Positions 51,690-64,000 of a stretch of 64,000 bases of DNA are shown here, one piece after another. A program made the position numbers and the translations under genes. The stretch's first letter is position 1. Each line of letters starts with the position of its first letter. Under the pieces are notes generated by a model. It saw only the letters and a program-made list of their open reading frames with translations. It was not told the DNA's origin and ran no database searches. Origin of the DNA: Octopus sinensis (lineage: Eukaryota); NCBI RefSeq assembly GCF_006345805.1, contig NC_043020.1, forward strand, positions 28,954,001 to 29,018,000. Direction: 5' to 3'.

Positions 51690-53490
51690 TTTGAGAACAC
51701 AATATACCACCCAGTCAGAGAATCTTAACCATAATTTCACAATTTTGAGTGCAACACTATAACCATGAGGCCACTCACCTTAATTCCTTTCATGTACTAA
51801 ATGAAAATAAAAGTCCTCAGAAATAATTTGGTGACCTAATCAATTATAGAACAACACAAAATAGCTGTGCAAATTATTGATATTATTTGAATTGTTGTCG
51901 CAGCAGATGGTTTAGTTTAATGGAAAACAGCTCAGTGTTTTTGCTGTTGTCATTGAACACAAATATAGTGATAAAAAAAATAATAGAAGATTAAATTAAA
52001 TAAAAAAAGAAAAGAAAAGTGTGGGCAGTGTGTGTTTTGAGATTATTGCCTTTTGTTGAGATAAACACCTACAAGATTGTGGGGGAGCTGTGGAGCTGAT
52101 TGGACCATCCTCCATTCATGTCAACACACCTGTGCTTGTTCCTGCCCTTCTGCCATACTTTAGCTTTTCAACACCTGGCATAAAGCCACCTCCCTCTCCA
52201 CTACAACCCCCCCCCCAATCAGTGGAAGGACTTTTCTTTGTCTTGTTTGTTACTTGGTGACCCCACGAAAAAGCACCCAGTGCCCTCTGTAAGGCAGTGT
52301 ATATTAGGAAGGGCATTTAACTGTAGCAACCTATTTCTTTACTAGCCACAAGGGGCTAAACACAGAGGGGACAAACAAGGACTGGATCCAGTCTTCACAT
52401 GAATATATATAGCCAAGCCCTAATATGCTAATTAACTCAACATTAAAAAAATGTCGAAAATATGTATATATATATATATCATCATCATCATCATCATCAT
52501 CATTTAGCATCCGCTTTCCATGCTAGCATGGGTTGGACGGTTCAACTGGGGTCTGTGAAGCCTGAAGGCTGCACCAGGCCCAGTCTGATCTGGCAGTGTT
52601 TCTATGGCTGGATGCCCTTCTTAACGCCAACCACTCCATGAGTGTAGTGGGTGCTTTTTACGTGCCACCTGCACAGGTGCCAGACGGGGCTGGCAAACGG
52701 CCACGGACGGATGGTGCTTTTTACGTGCCACCGGCACGGGGGCCAGGCAAGGCTGGCAACGGCCACAATCAGATGGTGCTTTTCATGTGCCACCGGCACG
52801 GAGGCCAGTCGGGGTAGCGCTGGCAATGGACACAGTCGGGTAGTGCTTTTTACGTACCACCGGCACGTATATATACCTATAAAGGAGGGAAAAGAATAAA
52901 AGCCATAAAAGTGGGATCGCTTTGTTTGACAAAACCTTTGAAGGCAACATACCAGTTTGGCTGGCATCCAATGAATGAAACTGGAACTGAATAGAAAATA
53001 CTGTGAAACAGAAATTACTGTGAGAGAAAATGTTTACTGAATACCATTTTGATGAGCATGAGAAAACAAATAGAGCAGTTTTTGTTGGACTTTTATATTT
53101 GTGCAGAATGTTCCAGATGAGTGGTTCTCAAAAACTGTGGCACTCCACACTGCCATGCTTCAACAGGTTTCTAGGTATGTCATGGACTTTAAAAAATATA
53201 GTTTAAAGCTAATGGAATAGATTTGTACGAATAACATTCTGTGTGTCTTACTTAGCGAGGATATACTGGGTTGAGGAAAAGTCTGTACACCGTGTTAAAA
53301 TAATGATTATTTTTTTATGCAAGAATTTATTCAAACTGTATGTATCCTTCATTTGCAATCTTCTGTGACAACATGCCTGGCCGTGGGGGAATATCACCTT
53401 ACTTGGACACAGGAGAGGGTTGGCAACAGAAAGAGCATCCTGCCCTGGAGAATCTGCCTCAATAAATTCTGCCTGATCCATAGGAAATAC

Positions 53491-53907
53491 CTATTTCTTT
53501 ACTGCCCACAAGGGGCTAAACACAGAGGGGACAAACAAGGACTGACAAATGGATAAAGTTGATTATATCTACCCCAGTGCGTAACTGGTACTTAATTTAT
53601 CGACCTCGAAAAGATGAAAGGCAAAGTCGACCTCGGCGGAATTTGAACTCAGAATGTAAAGACAGACGAAATACCTATTTCTTTATTACCCACAAGGGGC
53701 TAAACACAGAGAGGACAAACAAGGACAGACAAACGAATTAAGTCGATTATATTGACCCCAGTGCGTAACTGATACTTAATTTATCGACCCCGAATGGATG
53801 AAAGGCAAAGTCGACCTCGGCGGAATTTGAACTCAGAACGTAACGGCAGATGAAATACCGCTAAGCATTTTGCCCAGCGTGCTAACACGTCTGTCAGCTT
53901 GCCGCCT
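53491..53907 (-). mobile_element. Meta-domain-like SINE dimer
   Basis: Two units and one head. ggaaatac is repeated at 53483-53490 and 53908-53915. Confidence 0.85.
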
Positions 53908-54875
53908 GGAAATACAATGATGATGATGATGATGATGACAACGATGATGATGAAAAGTTTGATGACGGTGACAATGATGACGATAATGATGATATTGTCA
54001 TCTCGGTTAGAATATAACATACAGCGATCCCTTTTTGTGACATGTTGTGAGGCATGCTGGGAAAAACATATTAAGATTTCTTTTTGACTAATATACTGTG
54101 ACTTTATTAGTAACTGGGTGAGAAGAAAAACTGAATCTGATACAAACAAACTTTTATTATCTTTTGCTTTGATTTCTTTTTCCTTTTCTTTCTTTCTTCT
54201 TTTTCTTTCTTTCTTTTGCTTGCATAGGAACGTCTGTTACTTCATTGATTGCTTATTACGCATTTTATAAATCTATTCAAGCAATACGTCTCTCCTGATG
54301 ATTAATATCAAACTTGTTCAAAAGATTTCTACCTCAGTCTAAACATGGGAAAATTCAACAACACCACTACACATACACACACACACACACACACACCTCT
54401 ACACACACACACACACAAGTTATATCATATTAGGTGATGCTAACAGCCTTGGCACAGGTTTACAGGAATAGATTATAGTTCACTTGTTTAACTTGTACTC
54501 TGCTTTTCTTTTTAAATTTATTTTATATTGTATTGGAGAAACAGGATTTCATTGTGTAACTCCATAGTTTCTGATAAAACTAAAAATATACCTTTCAACC
54601 GAACAGCCTGGATATGTGTATGCTCTGTTGTTAGGCACTCATTTTGTAGCCTTTCTGAGAACATCTACCCCAATGTCTCACTATAAAATACAGACAGCAT
54701 AATTGGGAAAGTTTTGATTCAAATTTTCACTGCTCTTAGTTGGGAGAATATACCAGGGTATCCCAATTTATATTATTTTGAGATTTTTCAACTTCACTCT
54801 TACTCTTTTTACTCTTTTACTTGTTTCAGTCATTTGACTGCGGCCATGCTGGAGCACTGCATTTAGTCGAGCAAC

Positions 54876-55368
54876 TTTGCCTTTCATCCTTCCGGGGTCG
54901 ATTAAATAAGTACCAGTTACGCACTGGGGTCGATATCGATATGATCGACTTGATCCGTTTGTCTGTCCTTGTTTGCCCTCTCTGTGTTTAGCCCCTTGTG
55001 GGTAGTAAAGAAATAGGTATTTCATCTGTCGCTACGTTCTGAGTTCAAATTCCGCCAAGGTGGACTTTGCCTTTCATCTTTTTGGGGTCAATTAAATAAG
55101 TACCAGTTACACACTGGGGTCGATGTAATCAACTTAATCCCTTTGTCTGTCCTTGTTTGTCCCCTCTGTGTTTAGCCCCTTGTGGGTAATAAAGAAATAG
55201 GTATTTTGTCTACCGTTACATTTCGAGCTCAAATTCCGCCAGGGTCGACTTTGCCTTTCATCCTTTCCTGGTCGATAAATTAAGTACCAGTTGCGTACAG
55301 GGATCAATCTAATCAACTGACCTCCTCCCCTAAGATTTCGGGCCTGTGCCTAGAGTAGATAAGAATAT
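54876..55368 (+). mobile_element. Meta-domain-like SINE mixed trimer
   Basis: Two units ending AAGAAATAGGTATTT are followed by a unit ending with the alternative GCCTAGAGTAGATAAGAAT tail. Confidence 0.8.
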
Positions 55369-57989
55369 ATAATTGATCGCAGTGAAGGTAATATATTAGG
55401 CTCCAAGTTAGGAGCAATGTTGACATTCTGGTTTAGTTATGATTCTTTGAGTGAATGGTTTTGTGGTTAGGCCATTCGGCTCATGATTGGAAGGTTGTGA
55501 GTTCAATATCCAGCAGTGTGTTGTGTCCTTGAGCAAGACACTTCATTTTACATCACTCAAGTCCACTTATCTGGCAAAAATTAGCTGTGCCTGTAATTTA
55601 AAGGGGTCAGTCTTGTTACATCCTGCATCATGTTGAATCTCCTTGAGAACTACATTTAGGGTACGCATATCTATGGAGTACCCAACCACTTGTAGATTAA
55701 TTTCTCAAGCAGGTTGTTTTGTCAATGATCAGATTAACTGGAACACTTGTCATTATGACTGACAAATTGGTTGTCATTTGAGCCGGGAGACTTCACATAT
55801 TGTAGTTAAATTTAGTTACTCTGTTGACACCTGTTAAAATTTGATATGTTGTGATCTCGTTTTGTTTTTTTCCTGACATATTGTGATTCATACGGGGATA
55901 ATGACATATAAAGATTTTAGTTGGAGTATAATATGTTGTGGACTATAAATATGCTCAGTGAAGGTGCATGGCTCAGTGGTTAGAGCATCGAGGTTATGGT
56001 CATGAGGTTATGAGTTCAATTGTGAGAAGTACCGCTAAGCAGTTCACCTGGCGTGCTAACGATTCTGCCAGCTGCTGCCTTCAAGATTACCTAATCTCAA
56101 CCAATTGTGGCCAAAAGCACTGAACCACTATGCAAAAAGACCCCCCCCCAAAAAAAAACACAAGACAAACGCAGGAGTGGCTGTGTGGTAAGTAGCTTGT
56201 TTACCAACCACATGGTTCCGGGTTCAGTCCCACTGCGTGGCACCTTGGGCAAGTGCCTTCTACTATAGCCTCAGGCCGACCAATGCCTTGTGAGTGGATT
56301 TGGTAGACGGAAACTGAAAGAAGCCCGTCGTATATATGTATGTGTGTGTTTGTGTGTCTGTGTTTGTCCCCCCTAGCATTGCTTGACAACCGATGCTGGT
56401 GTGTTTACGTCCCCATCACTTAGCGGTTCGGCAAAAGAGACCGATAGAATAAGTACTGGGTTTACAAAAAGAATAAGTCCCGGGGTCGAGTTGCTCGATT
56501 GAAAGCGGTGCTCCAGCATGGCCGCGGTCAGATGACTGAAACAAGTAAAAGAGTAAAAGAGTAAAAGAGTAAACAAAAAAAACAGTAGACATTTCCAGAA
56601 AATTGTGCATGTAGTACCCATGGGGATTTTTTGAAACATTTCTGGGGGAGAAGTAATGAAATATGATAATATATCCACATATATATAAATTGCTTTCTCT
56701 GCTGGGGTAAACAAAAGCAGCTGTGTCGTATGAAGTTTATTTTCCAACCACATGGTTCTGGGTTCAGTCCCACTGTGTGGTACGTTGGGCAAGCATCTTC
56801 TGCTATAGTCTTGGGCCAGCCAAAGTCCTGTGAATGGATTTGGTTGACAGAAACTAAAAGAAGCCTGTCGTATATATGCATACGTGTGTATATGTGTGTG
56901 TGTGTGTGTGTTTGTGTCTGCAGTTGTTTCCCACCACTACTCTACAACTGGTGTTGGTGTGTTTACATCCCTGTAACTTAGTAGTTCAGTAAAAGTGACT
57001 GACAGAATATGTACTAAGCTTAAAAAGAAAAAAAACTACTGGGGTCGGTCCATCTGACTAAAATTCCTCAAAGTGATGCCCCAGAATGGCCACAGTCTAG
57101 CGACCGAAACAAGCAAAAGGATAAAAGAATAAAAGAATAACAGAATAAAGGAATAAAAGAATAAGGGAATATAGAGTGAGTAACCAAGCTGCGCAGTTTA
57201 GATGAGAACAGATGTAAAATGATTAAAGTAGGTCAGGTAAGTAAGGGAATCTGCATGTAATTAACACCTGCCAGGTAGGTCAGTCTCTTCTAAAAGTGAT
57301 CAGTCTGCTGTAGTGCTTTATTTCTCTATTTTAAAAATTATATATTTTCAGGTTGGAAACAGTTAATATTTCATTCATGACCCACTTTGCTTTTTTTTCC
57401 TGTCATTTGACTGTGGCCCATGCTGGAGCACAGTTTTGGAGGAGGGTTTTAGTGCCCCCCGGGACTTATTTTTTTTTAAGCCTGATACTTATTCTGTTAG
57501 TCACTTTTGCTAAACTGCTAAGTTATGAGGATGTAAACACACCAACACACACTGTTTTCTTTACGGACTATAAAGGGCAGAAGTAAATCTGCCTTCAACT
57601 CAGTCACATGCTTGTGTTTCGTTTATTTTACTTAGCGGTATTTTGTCTGTCTTTATGTTGAGTTCAAATTCCACTGAGGTTGACTTTGACTTTCATCCAT
57701 GTTTTTGTTTCATCAAAGATGTTCCTTCAAATTGCTTTGAAAGTTTTGTTTGTTTTATTTCAATTCAAAAGTTTACATTAAAAAGAAAACCTTTGAACAG
57801 TGTTGTTACTAAGCTGACCAGAATCCTGAGGAATTGTCCATTTCCATTTTGTCTTCCTCTCTTTGGAGAAGAATTTATTAATTTCTTTTTTTCTTCTTCT
57901 AGAATTGACATATTTTTTAAAATAAAAAAAATAATCAAAACATGGAGTTGAAATTTTAACTAGAATAATAAAACAGAGGTAAATTATAA

Positions 57990-58680
57990 TTGGAACGACA
58001 GCTTTGGCTCTGCCCCCTCCGTCTCAAGCCAAAGCAGCACCACCACCACCACCACCACCACCACCACCAGTATTGACATTGCTGCCCCCACATTGGCAGT
58101 TAACTCTGTCACCCCCCAGCACCCCCATAATCCAATCACCCCCACTACCACCACCACCACCACCACCACCACCACCACCACCACCAAAGCAAATGCAACA
58201 GATGGAAGCAACAACAACAACAACAACAACGGCAACTAAAATGAATGAACAAACTGTAACAGTGACGTCATCACTAGTGCCACCCCACCCAAACCCCTCC
58301 CCCCTCCCACCCGTAATTGATGGAGCAAATGACAACAGCAGCAACAATTATGCTAATGACAAAAGTAAAGAAAGGAACAGCAACAACAACAACAACTAAA
58401 GGAAGAGCAATAAACTGTCAAATGCTGCCACCACCACCACCACCACCACCACACCACCACCACCACCACCACCACCACCACCACCACACCACCACCACCA
58501 TCACCACCACCACCACCACCACACCACCACCACCACCACCATCACCACCACCATCACAACTGTCACCATCATAGCCATCTTAAACAACAACAACAACAAC
58601 ACTGCCGCCCCCGCAACAGCATTTTGCTCTATTACCACTACTAAAACCACTACCACCACCACCACTCTTACCATTAACAC
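57990..58680. repeat. (CCA)n/(CAA)n low-complexity tract
   Basis: Trinucleotide repeats that explain the poly-P, poly-H, poly-T and poly-V ORFs. Confidence 0.9.
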
Positions 58681-58770
58681 CACCACCTTGCTCCATCTTT
58701 GAGACAGCTTCCTGATCCCATCCTTCCAGAACTGGGCATCTTTCTGGGTCATGAATTGGTCTGAGTATTT
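58681..58770 (-). pseudogene. Mariner transposase C-terminal fragment
   Basis: DQFMTQKDAQFWKDGIRKLSQRWSKVV matches the mariner C-terminal F...K...F...GI.KL..RW.KV motif. Confidence 0.7.
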
Positions 58771-59321
58771 CGTTTACATTCTTGTAACTTAGCAGTCCGA
58801 CAAAAGTGATTGATAGAAGTTCTAAACGTAAAATAATTCCTGGGATTGATTTGTGTGGCTAAACCCTTCAAGGCAATGCTCCAGCATGGCCGTAGTAAAA
58901 TGACTGAAACAAGTAAAATTTAAAAGATGAAAAAATGAAATTTCCATCAAAGTATCCCAGCGAACATCAACAGAACATAAAAGACCATGCCATCTTTATT
59001 GGGATTACATAATCAGAACAACAAGGATATCAACAACAACAGCAACAACAATAGCAGCAGCAGCAGTAGCACCACAACCACCACCACCACCACCACCACC
59101 ACATTACAACTATTACATAATACTGAACTTCCAGAAACAGCTGTTGTGTTAAAAAATTTATGCATTCCCTCCTTAGTCATTTGCAAAAGTAAATTTATTT
59201 GTTAATATATGTAAATATCTATATGGTTGAACATATGGGATTATCTTCTGAATACGTTTAGTTTTTGTATCTACATCTATCCCTATATATATATATTTTA
59301 GAAGGTTTGGAGATGATGTAT

Positions 59322-59598
59322 TATATATTAGAAGAAATGAGGTACTCAGAAATCCGGATGGTTTTATATTTACAGATATTTATAAGTATGTTACATGTTT
59401 TTATACATCCTATATCATATATTAGCACTTTCGTCCATTCTAGTGGAGTCTTTTAGTGGAGTCAGTTCAATTTGAAGACTCCACTAGAATGGACAAAAAC
59501 GCTAATATATGATGTATAAAAACATATAATATACAAATAAATATCTGTAAATATAAAACCATCCGGATTTCTGAGTACCTCATTTCTTCTAATATATA
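59322..59598. repeat. Long inverted repeat (~125-130-bp arms, ~22-nt loop)
   Basis: tattagaagaaatgaggtactcagaaatccggatggttttatatttacagatatttat...gtccattctagtggagtctt pairs with aagactccactagaatggac...ataaatatctgtaaatataaaaccatccggatttctgagtacctcatttcttctaata. Confidence 0.92.
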
Positions 59599-59599
59599 C

Positions 59600-59631
<32 letters not shown>

Positions 59632-59649
59632 ATGTATATTTACATATAT

Positions 59650-59850
59650 CAGTGCTTTTCAAACTTTTTGCTTGAACGGAACCCCAAGGAAACATTCCAC
59701 TGGCTCGAGGAACCCCTGTGCAATAATTTAATAGTCTTATGCACACATATCTGCACAGGAGAATTAAAAATTACTGCCGATTTTAGCATTTTTGTAACTT
59801 CTTGTGGAACCCCTGGATTGTACTGGCAGAACCCTGGTTGAAAACCACTG
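59650..59850. mobile_element. hAT (Charlie-like) MITE, 201 bp, perfect 8-bp TSD
   Basis: ACATATAT|CAGTGCTTTTCAA ... TTGAAAACCACTG|ACATATAT. Confidence 0.9.
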
Positions 59851-60599
59851 ACATATATCAATCTTTATCATGTTTATCCACATTGCTATCTCTATATATA
59901 CACAACAGGCATCTTTTGCAGTTTCCACCAACCAAGTCCACTTGCAAGACTTTAGTCAACCTTAAGCTACAGTAAAAGAAAGAAGACATTTGCTCGGGGT
60001 GCCATGCAGTGGAACCGAACACAAAACCATTTAGCTGGGAAGCCAACCTCTTTACCACACAGCCACAGCTGTGCCTAACAAACCCCAAAAAACCCATCCC
60101 AAACAACCCATGTGTGGCCTATGAGTGTAACATCAGCCCGTCTCTTCTTATACGCTCTGTGGTTTCAACAGAGACTGGAAATAATGACGAAATATATACC
60201 CAGTTGCGAGAGTAATCGCTTTTAGCAGAGCCTAATCTACCATGCAGGTGTTCGCAAGGTGACAACTCCTTCACCTGAATGACCCAGTTGTCAACTTGCA
60301 TCTGTTATTATGCAAATTACATAGCTTCGTTATTCAGTCTGCACATAAATCTTTTCTTATGAGTTTAACAGATTTTGTTTTTTTGTTCATGTTTTGTTTT
60401 TATATATATATATATATATATATATACTATTTATTTGTTTGTTTATGTATTTCAATGTTGCGTCAGAGGAGAAAGGAAGAGAGTAAGGGAAGGAGGGAGG
60501 GAGGGAGGGAGAGAGGGAGAGGGTGAGACAGCAAGAGGGAGGGGGAGGGGGGATTCTCACTAATGCTTTTATATCTTTAGCCGATATGCATTGATCAAA

Positions 60600-61010
60600 G
60601 ATATCCACACACACACACACACATGCATACACTCCCTCTCTCATACACACACGCACACACACACACACTTGGACAATCACATACACTCACACACACTTAC
60701 ATACAAACACACTCACACTCTCTCACACACACACACGTTAATACACACACACATATACTCACACACATACACACACACACCTATTCACATACACTCTCAC
60801 ATACTCACACACTCTCACATATACACACACACACTCACACACTCTTAAACACACCCACACACTCTTAAACACACATACACACGTTCATATACACACATAT
60901 ACTCACACACATACACTCACACATACACACACATATACTCACACATGTACACCTTTTCACACACATACACTCACACACACACACACACAGAGCCCCCCCA
61001 CACACACACC
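60600..61010. repeat. Degenerate (CA)n microsatellite
   Basis: Direct inspection. Confidence 0.95.
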
Positions 61011-61615
61011 AATGTCAATAATAAACAGACCACATTGAGTGTTTTCCGACCACATGTGTTCAATTGTTTGATTAACTAAACTAACAGACTCACTGAATTA
61101 ACAAAAAAGTGGCCGAGTACTCCACAGACACATGTACCCTTAACTTAGTTTTCAATGAGTTTCATCATGACACAGAATATGACAAGGCTGCTCCACCCCC
61201 TTTGTATTACAGGTACAAATCACTTTTGCCAGCTGAATGGACTGCTGCAATGTGAAATAAAGTGTCTTGCTCAAGGACCCAATGCATCACCAGGAATCGA
61301 ACTCATGACTTAATGGTTGGGAGCTGGATACCCTAACCACTAAGCCATGCACCTCCATCTATAAAACTTTTGTTTTCATTTGCTTTAGTCATTAGACCGT
61401 GGCCATGCTGGGGCACCGCCTTGAACCTTTAGTCGAATGAATGAGTCAACCCCCCCCCATACTTCTTTCTTTTTTATTGAACCTGGTACCTGTTCTATCA
61501 GTCCCTTTTGTTGAATTGCTAAGTTACAGGGATGTAAACACACCAACACCAAATGTCAAGTGATGGTGGGGTAACAAACACAGACACAAGACACACACAC
61601 ACACACACACACATG

Positions 61616-62179
61616 ACAGGCTTCTTTCAGTTTCCATCTACCAAATTCACTCCCCAGACTCCCGGGGTTAGAGTAGAAAACACTTGCTCAAGGTGCCACA
61701 CAGTGGGACTGAACCCAGGACCATGTGGCTGGGAAACAAACTTCTTACTACAGAGTATCTGAAACCCAAAGCCATGTGGTAGTTGAATGAATTCTGTAAA
61801 CCATGGAGCCCCGACTGCTCACCTTACAGCAGCCGAAACCCCATAGAGTTACTCACCATTGAAAGCAGGGGTTCGACATAGCTGTAGCTGCTCTGTCTGA
61901 AATACTTTAAAGAAGCATAAAAACCGCTCATGCATAACACGCACACACACACATGCACACACACACACACACGCACACACACACACACACACACCACACA
62001 CACACACACACGCACACACACACACACGCACGTACAGATGTATGCAAATGTATGTACATACTGTATTTGTGTAAATTACGGGTTGTGCAAATGTATCTTG
62101 GTTAATATCTATTAATCTGTCTGGATAAATAATTATACAACCCATCTACAATTACTCACTGTCTGTCTGTATGTACATG

Positions 62180-62273
<94 letters not shown>

Positions 62274-63202
62274 ATATATACATAAATATATATACATATA
62301 TATATATATACACACACATATATATATATCTGTCTAGCTATCTATATGTATGAGTGTGTGTGTATATATATATCCACATGCATATAGATAGATAGATATA
62401 TATCTAGATAGATACATACAATAGATACGATGTGAAGATTTTTTCTTGTTATATATCACATTTAAACACAGACATTTTTATTCTGATGTTTAATCTTATA
62501 TCTCACATTCTGTATTTGACATATACTTGATTTTACACGAATGATATATATCTATATACTCTTTTATATACTCTTTTACTTGTTTCAGTCATTTGACTGT
62601 GGCCATATATATATACATATATATACAACAGGCTTCTTTCAGTTCCATCTACCAAATTCACTCCCCAGACTCCCGGGGTTAGAGTAGAAAACACTTGCTC
62701 AAGGTGCCACACAGTGGGACTGAACCCAGGACCATGTGGCTGGGAAACAAACTTCTTACTACAGAGTATCTGAAACCCAAAGCCATGTGGTAGTTGAATG
62801 AATTCTGTAAACCATGGAGCCCCGACTGCTCACCTTACAGCAGCCGAAACCCCATAGAGTTACTCACCATTGAAAGCAGGGGTTCGACATAGCTGTAGCT
62901 GCTCTGTCTGAAATACTTTAAAGAAGCATAAAACCGCTCATGCATAACACGCACACACACACATGCACACACACACACACGCACACGCACACACACACAC
63001 ACACATGCACACACACACACACGCACACACACACACACGCACGTACAGATGTATGCAAATGTATGTACATACTGTATTTGTGTAAATTACGGGTTGTGCA
63101 AATGTATCTTGGTTAATATCTATTAATCTGTCTGGATAAATAATTATACAACCCATCTACAATTACTCACTGTCTGTCTGTATGTACATGTATGTATATA
63201 TA

Positions 63203-63244
<42 letters not shown>

Positions 63245-63638
63245 TATATATATATTATATATATATATATATATACGTATATATATATATACATAAATAT
63301 ATATACATATATATATATATATACACACACATATATATATATCTGTCTAGCTATCTATATGTATGAGTGTGTGTGTATATATATATCCACATGCATATAG
63401 ATAGATAGATATATATCTAGATAGATACATACAATAGATACGATGTGAAGATTTTTTCTTGTTATATATCACATTTAAACACAGACATTTTTATTCTGAT
63501 GTTTAATCTTATATCTCACATTCTGTATTTGACATATACTTGATTTTACACGAATGATATATATCTATATACTCTTTTATATACTCTTTTACTTGTTTCA
63601 GTCATTTGACTGTGGCCATATATATATACATATATACA
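61616..63638. repeat. Tandem direct duplication of about 1.01 kb
   Basis: Units 61616-62627 and 62628-63638 are near-identical apart from microsatellite lengths and a few 1-bp indels. Both junctions fall at the SINE motif acaggcttctttcagt. Confidence 0.92.
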
Positions 63639-64000
63639 ACAGGCTTCTTTCAGTTTCCGTCTACCAAATCCACTCACAAAACTTTGGTCGGCCCGGGACT
63701 ATAGCAGAAGACACTTGCCCAAGGTGCCACACAGTGGGACTAAACCCGGAACCATGTGGTTGGTGAGCAAGCTACTTACTACACAGCCACTCCTGCGCCT
63801 ATAATGTATAATTTATAAATTTTAATTCTTAATATTACGAAGTATAATTTTTATTCTTAATTTTTAATTTGTAATTTTTAATCTTAAATGCTTAAATATA
63901 CTCAGCTGGTAATTGAGGTCATATCCTTTAAGTATTATTTCATAATGTGCAAACTGAACCATGAGTATACTGTTAGATATACTCATTGGGTTATTTTTGT

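Noticed and set aside
57984-58752. Poly-Pro, poly-Gly and poly-Val ORFs
   Set aside because: (CCA)n/(CAA)n repeats with no supporting splice structure.

Overview
AT-rich, repeat-dense animal genomic DNA. The SINE, RTE, Penelope and microsatellite content looks like a coleoid cephalopod, most likely Octopus (my inference from the repeats, not a database match). I can support one protein-coding gene, a minus-strand CD164/endolyn-like sialomucin. It has a signal-peptide exon at 34988-34886, a ~26 kb intron and a terminal exon at 8605-8211 encoding mucin, TM and the NYHTL tail, plus a probable 5'UTR exon and promoter near 35.6 kb. The rest is mostly mobile DNA: several tRNA-derived SINE families, CR1, RTE and Tx1/L1-like LINE relics, Penelope-type termini with hammerhead-like motifs, mariner relics, hAT, piggyBac and unclassified MITEs, a non-autonomous Helitron, minisatellites, long hairpins and a 1 kb tandem duplication. 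The most notable observations are a full-length U6 snRNA copy fused to a SINE/LINE 3' tail (47081-47258), head-to-tail SINE multimers joined at GGTATTTC, two hammerhead-like folds, and microsatellites that appear to grow out of mariner coding sequence. Almost all ORFs in the supplied track are spurious (repeats or microsatellites). Repeat boundaries are approximate unless a TSD or TIR is quoted.
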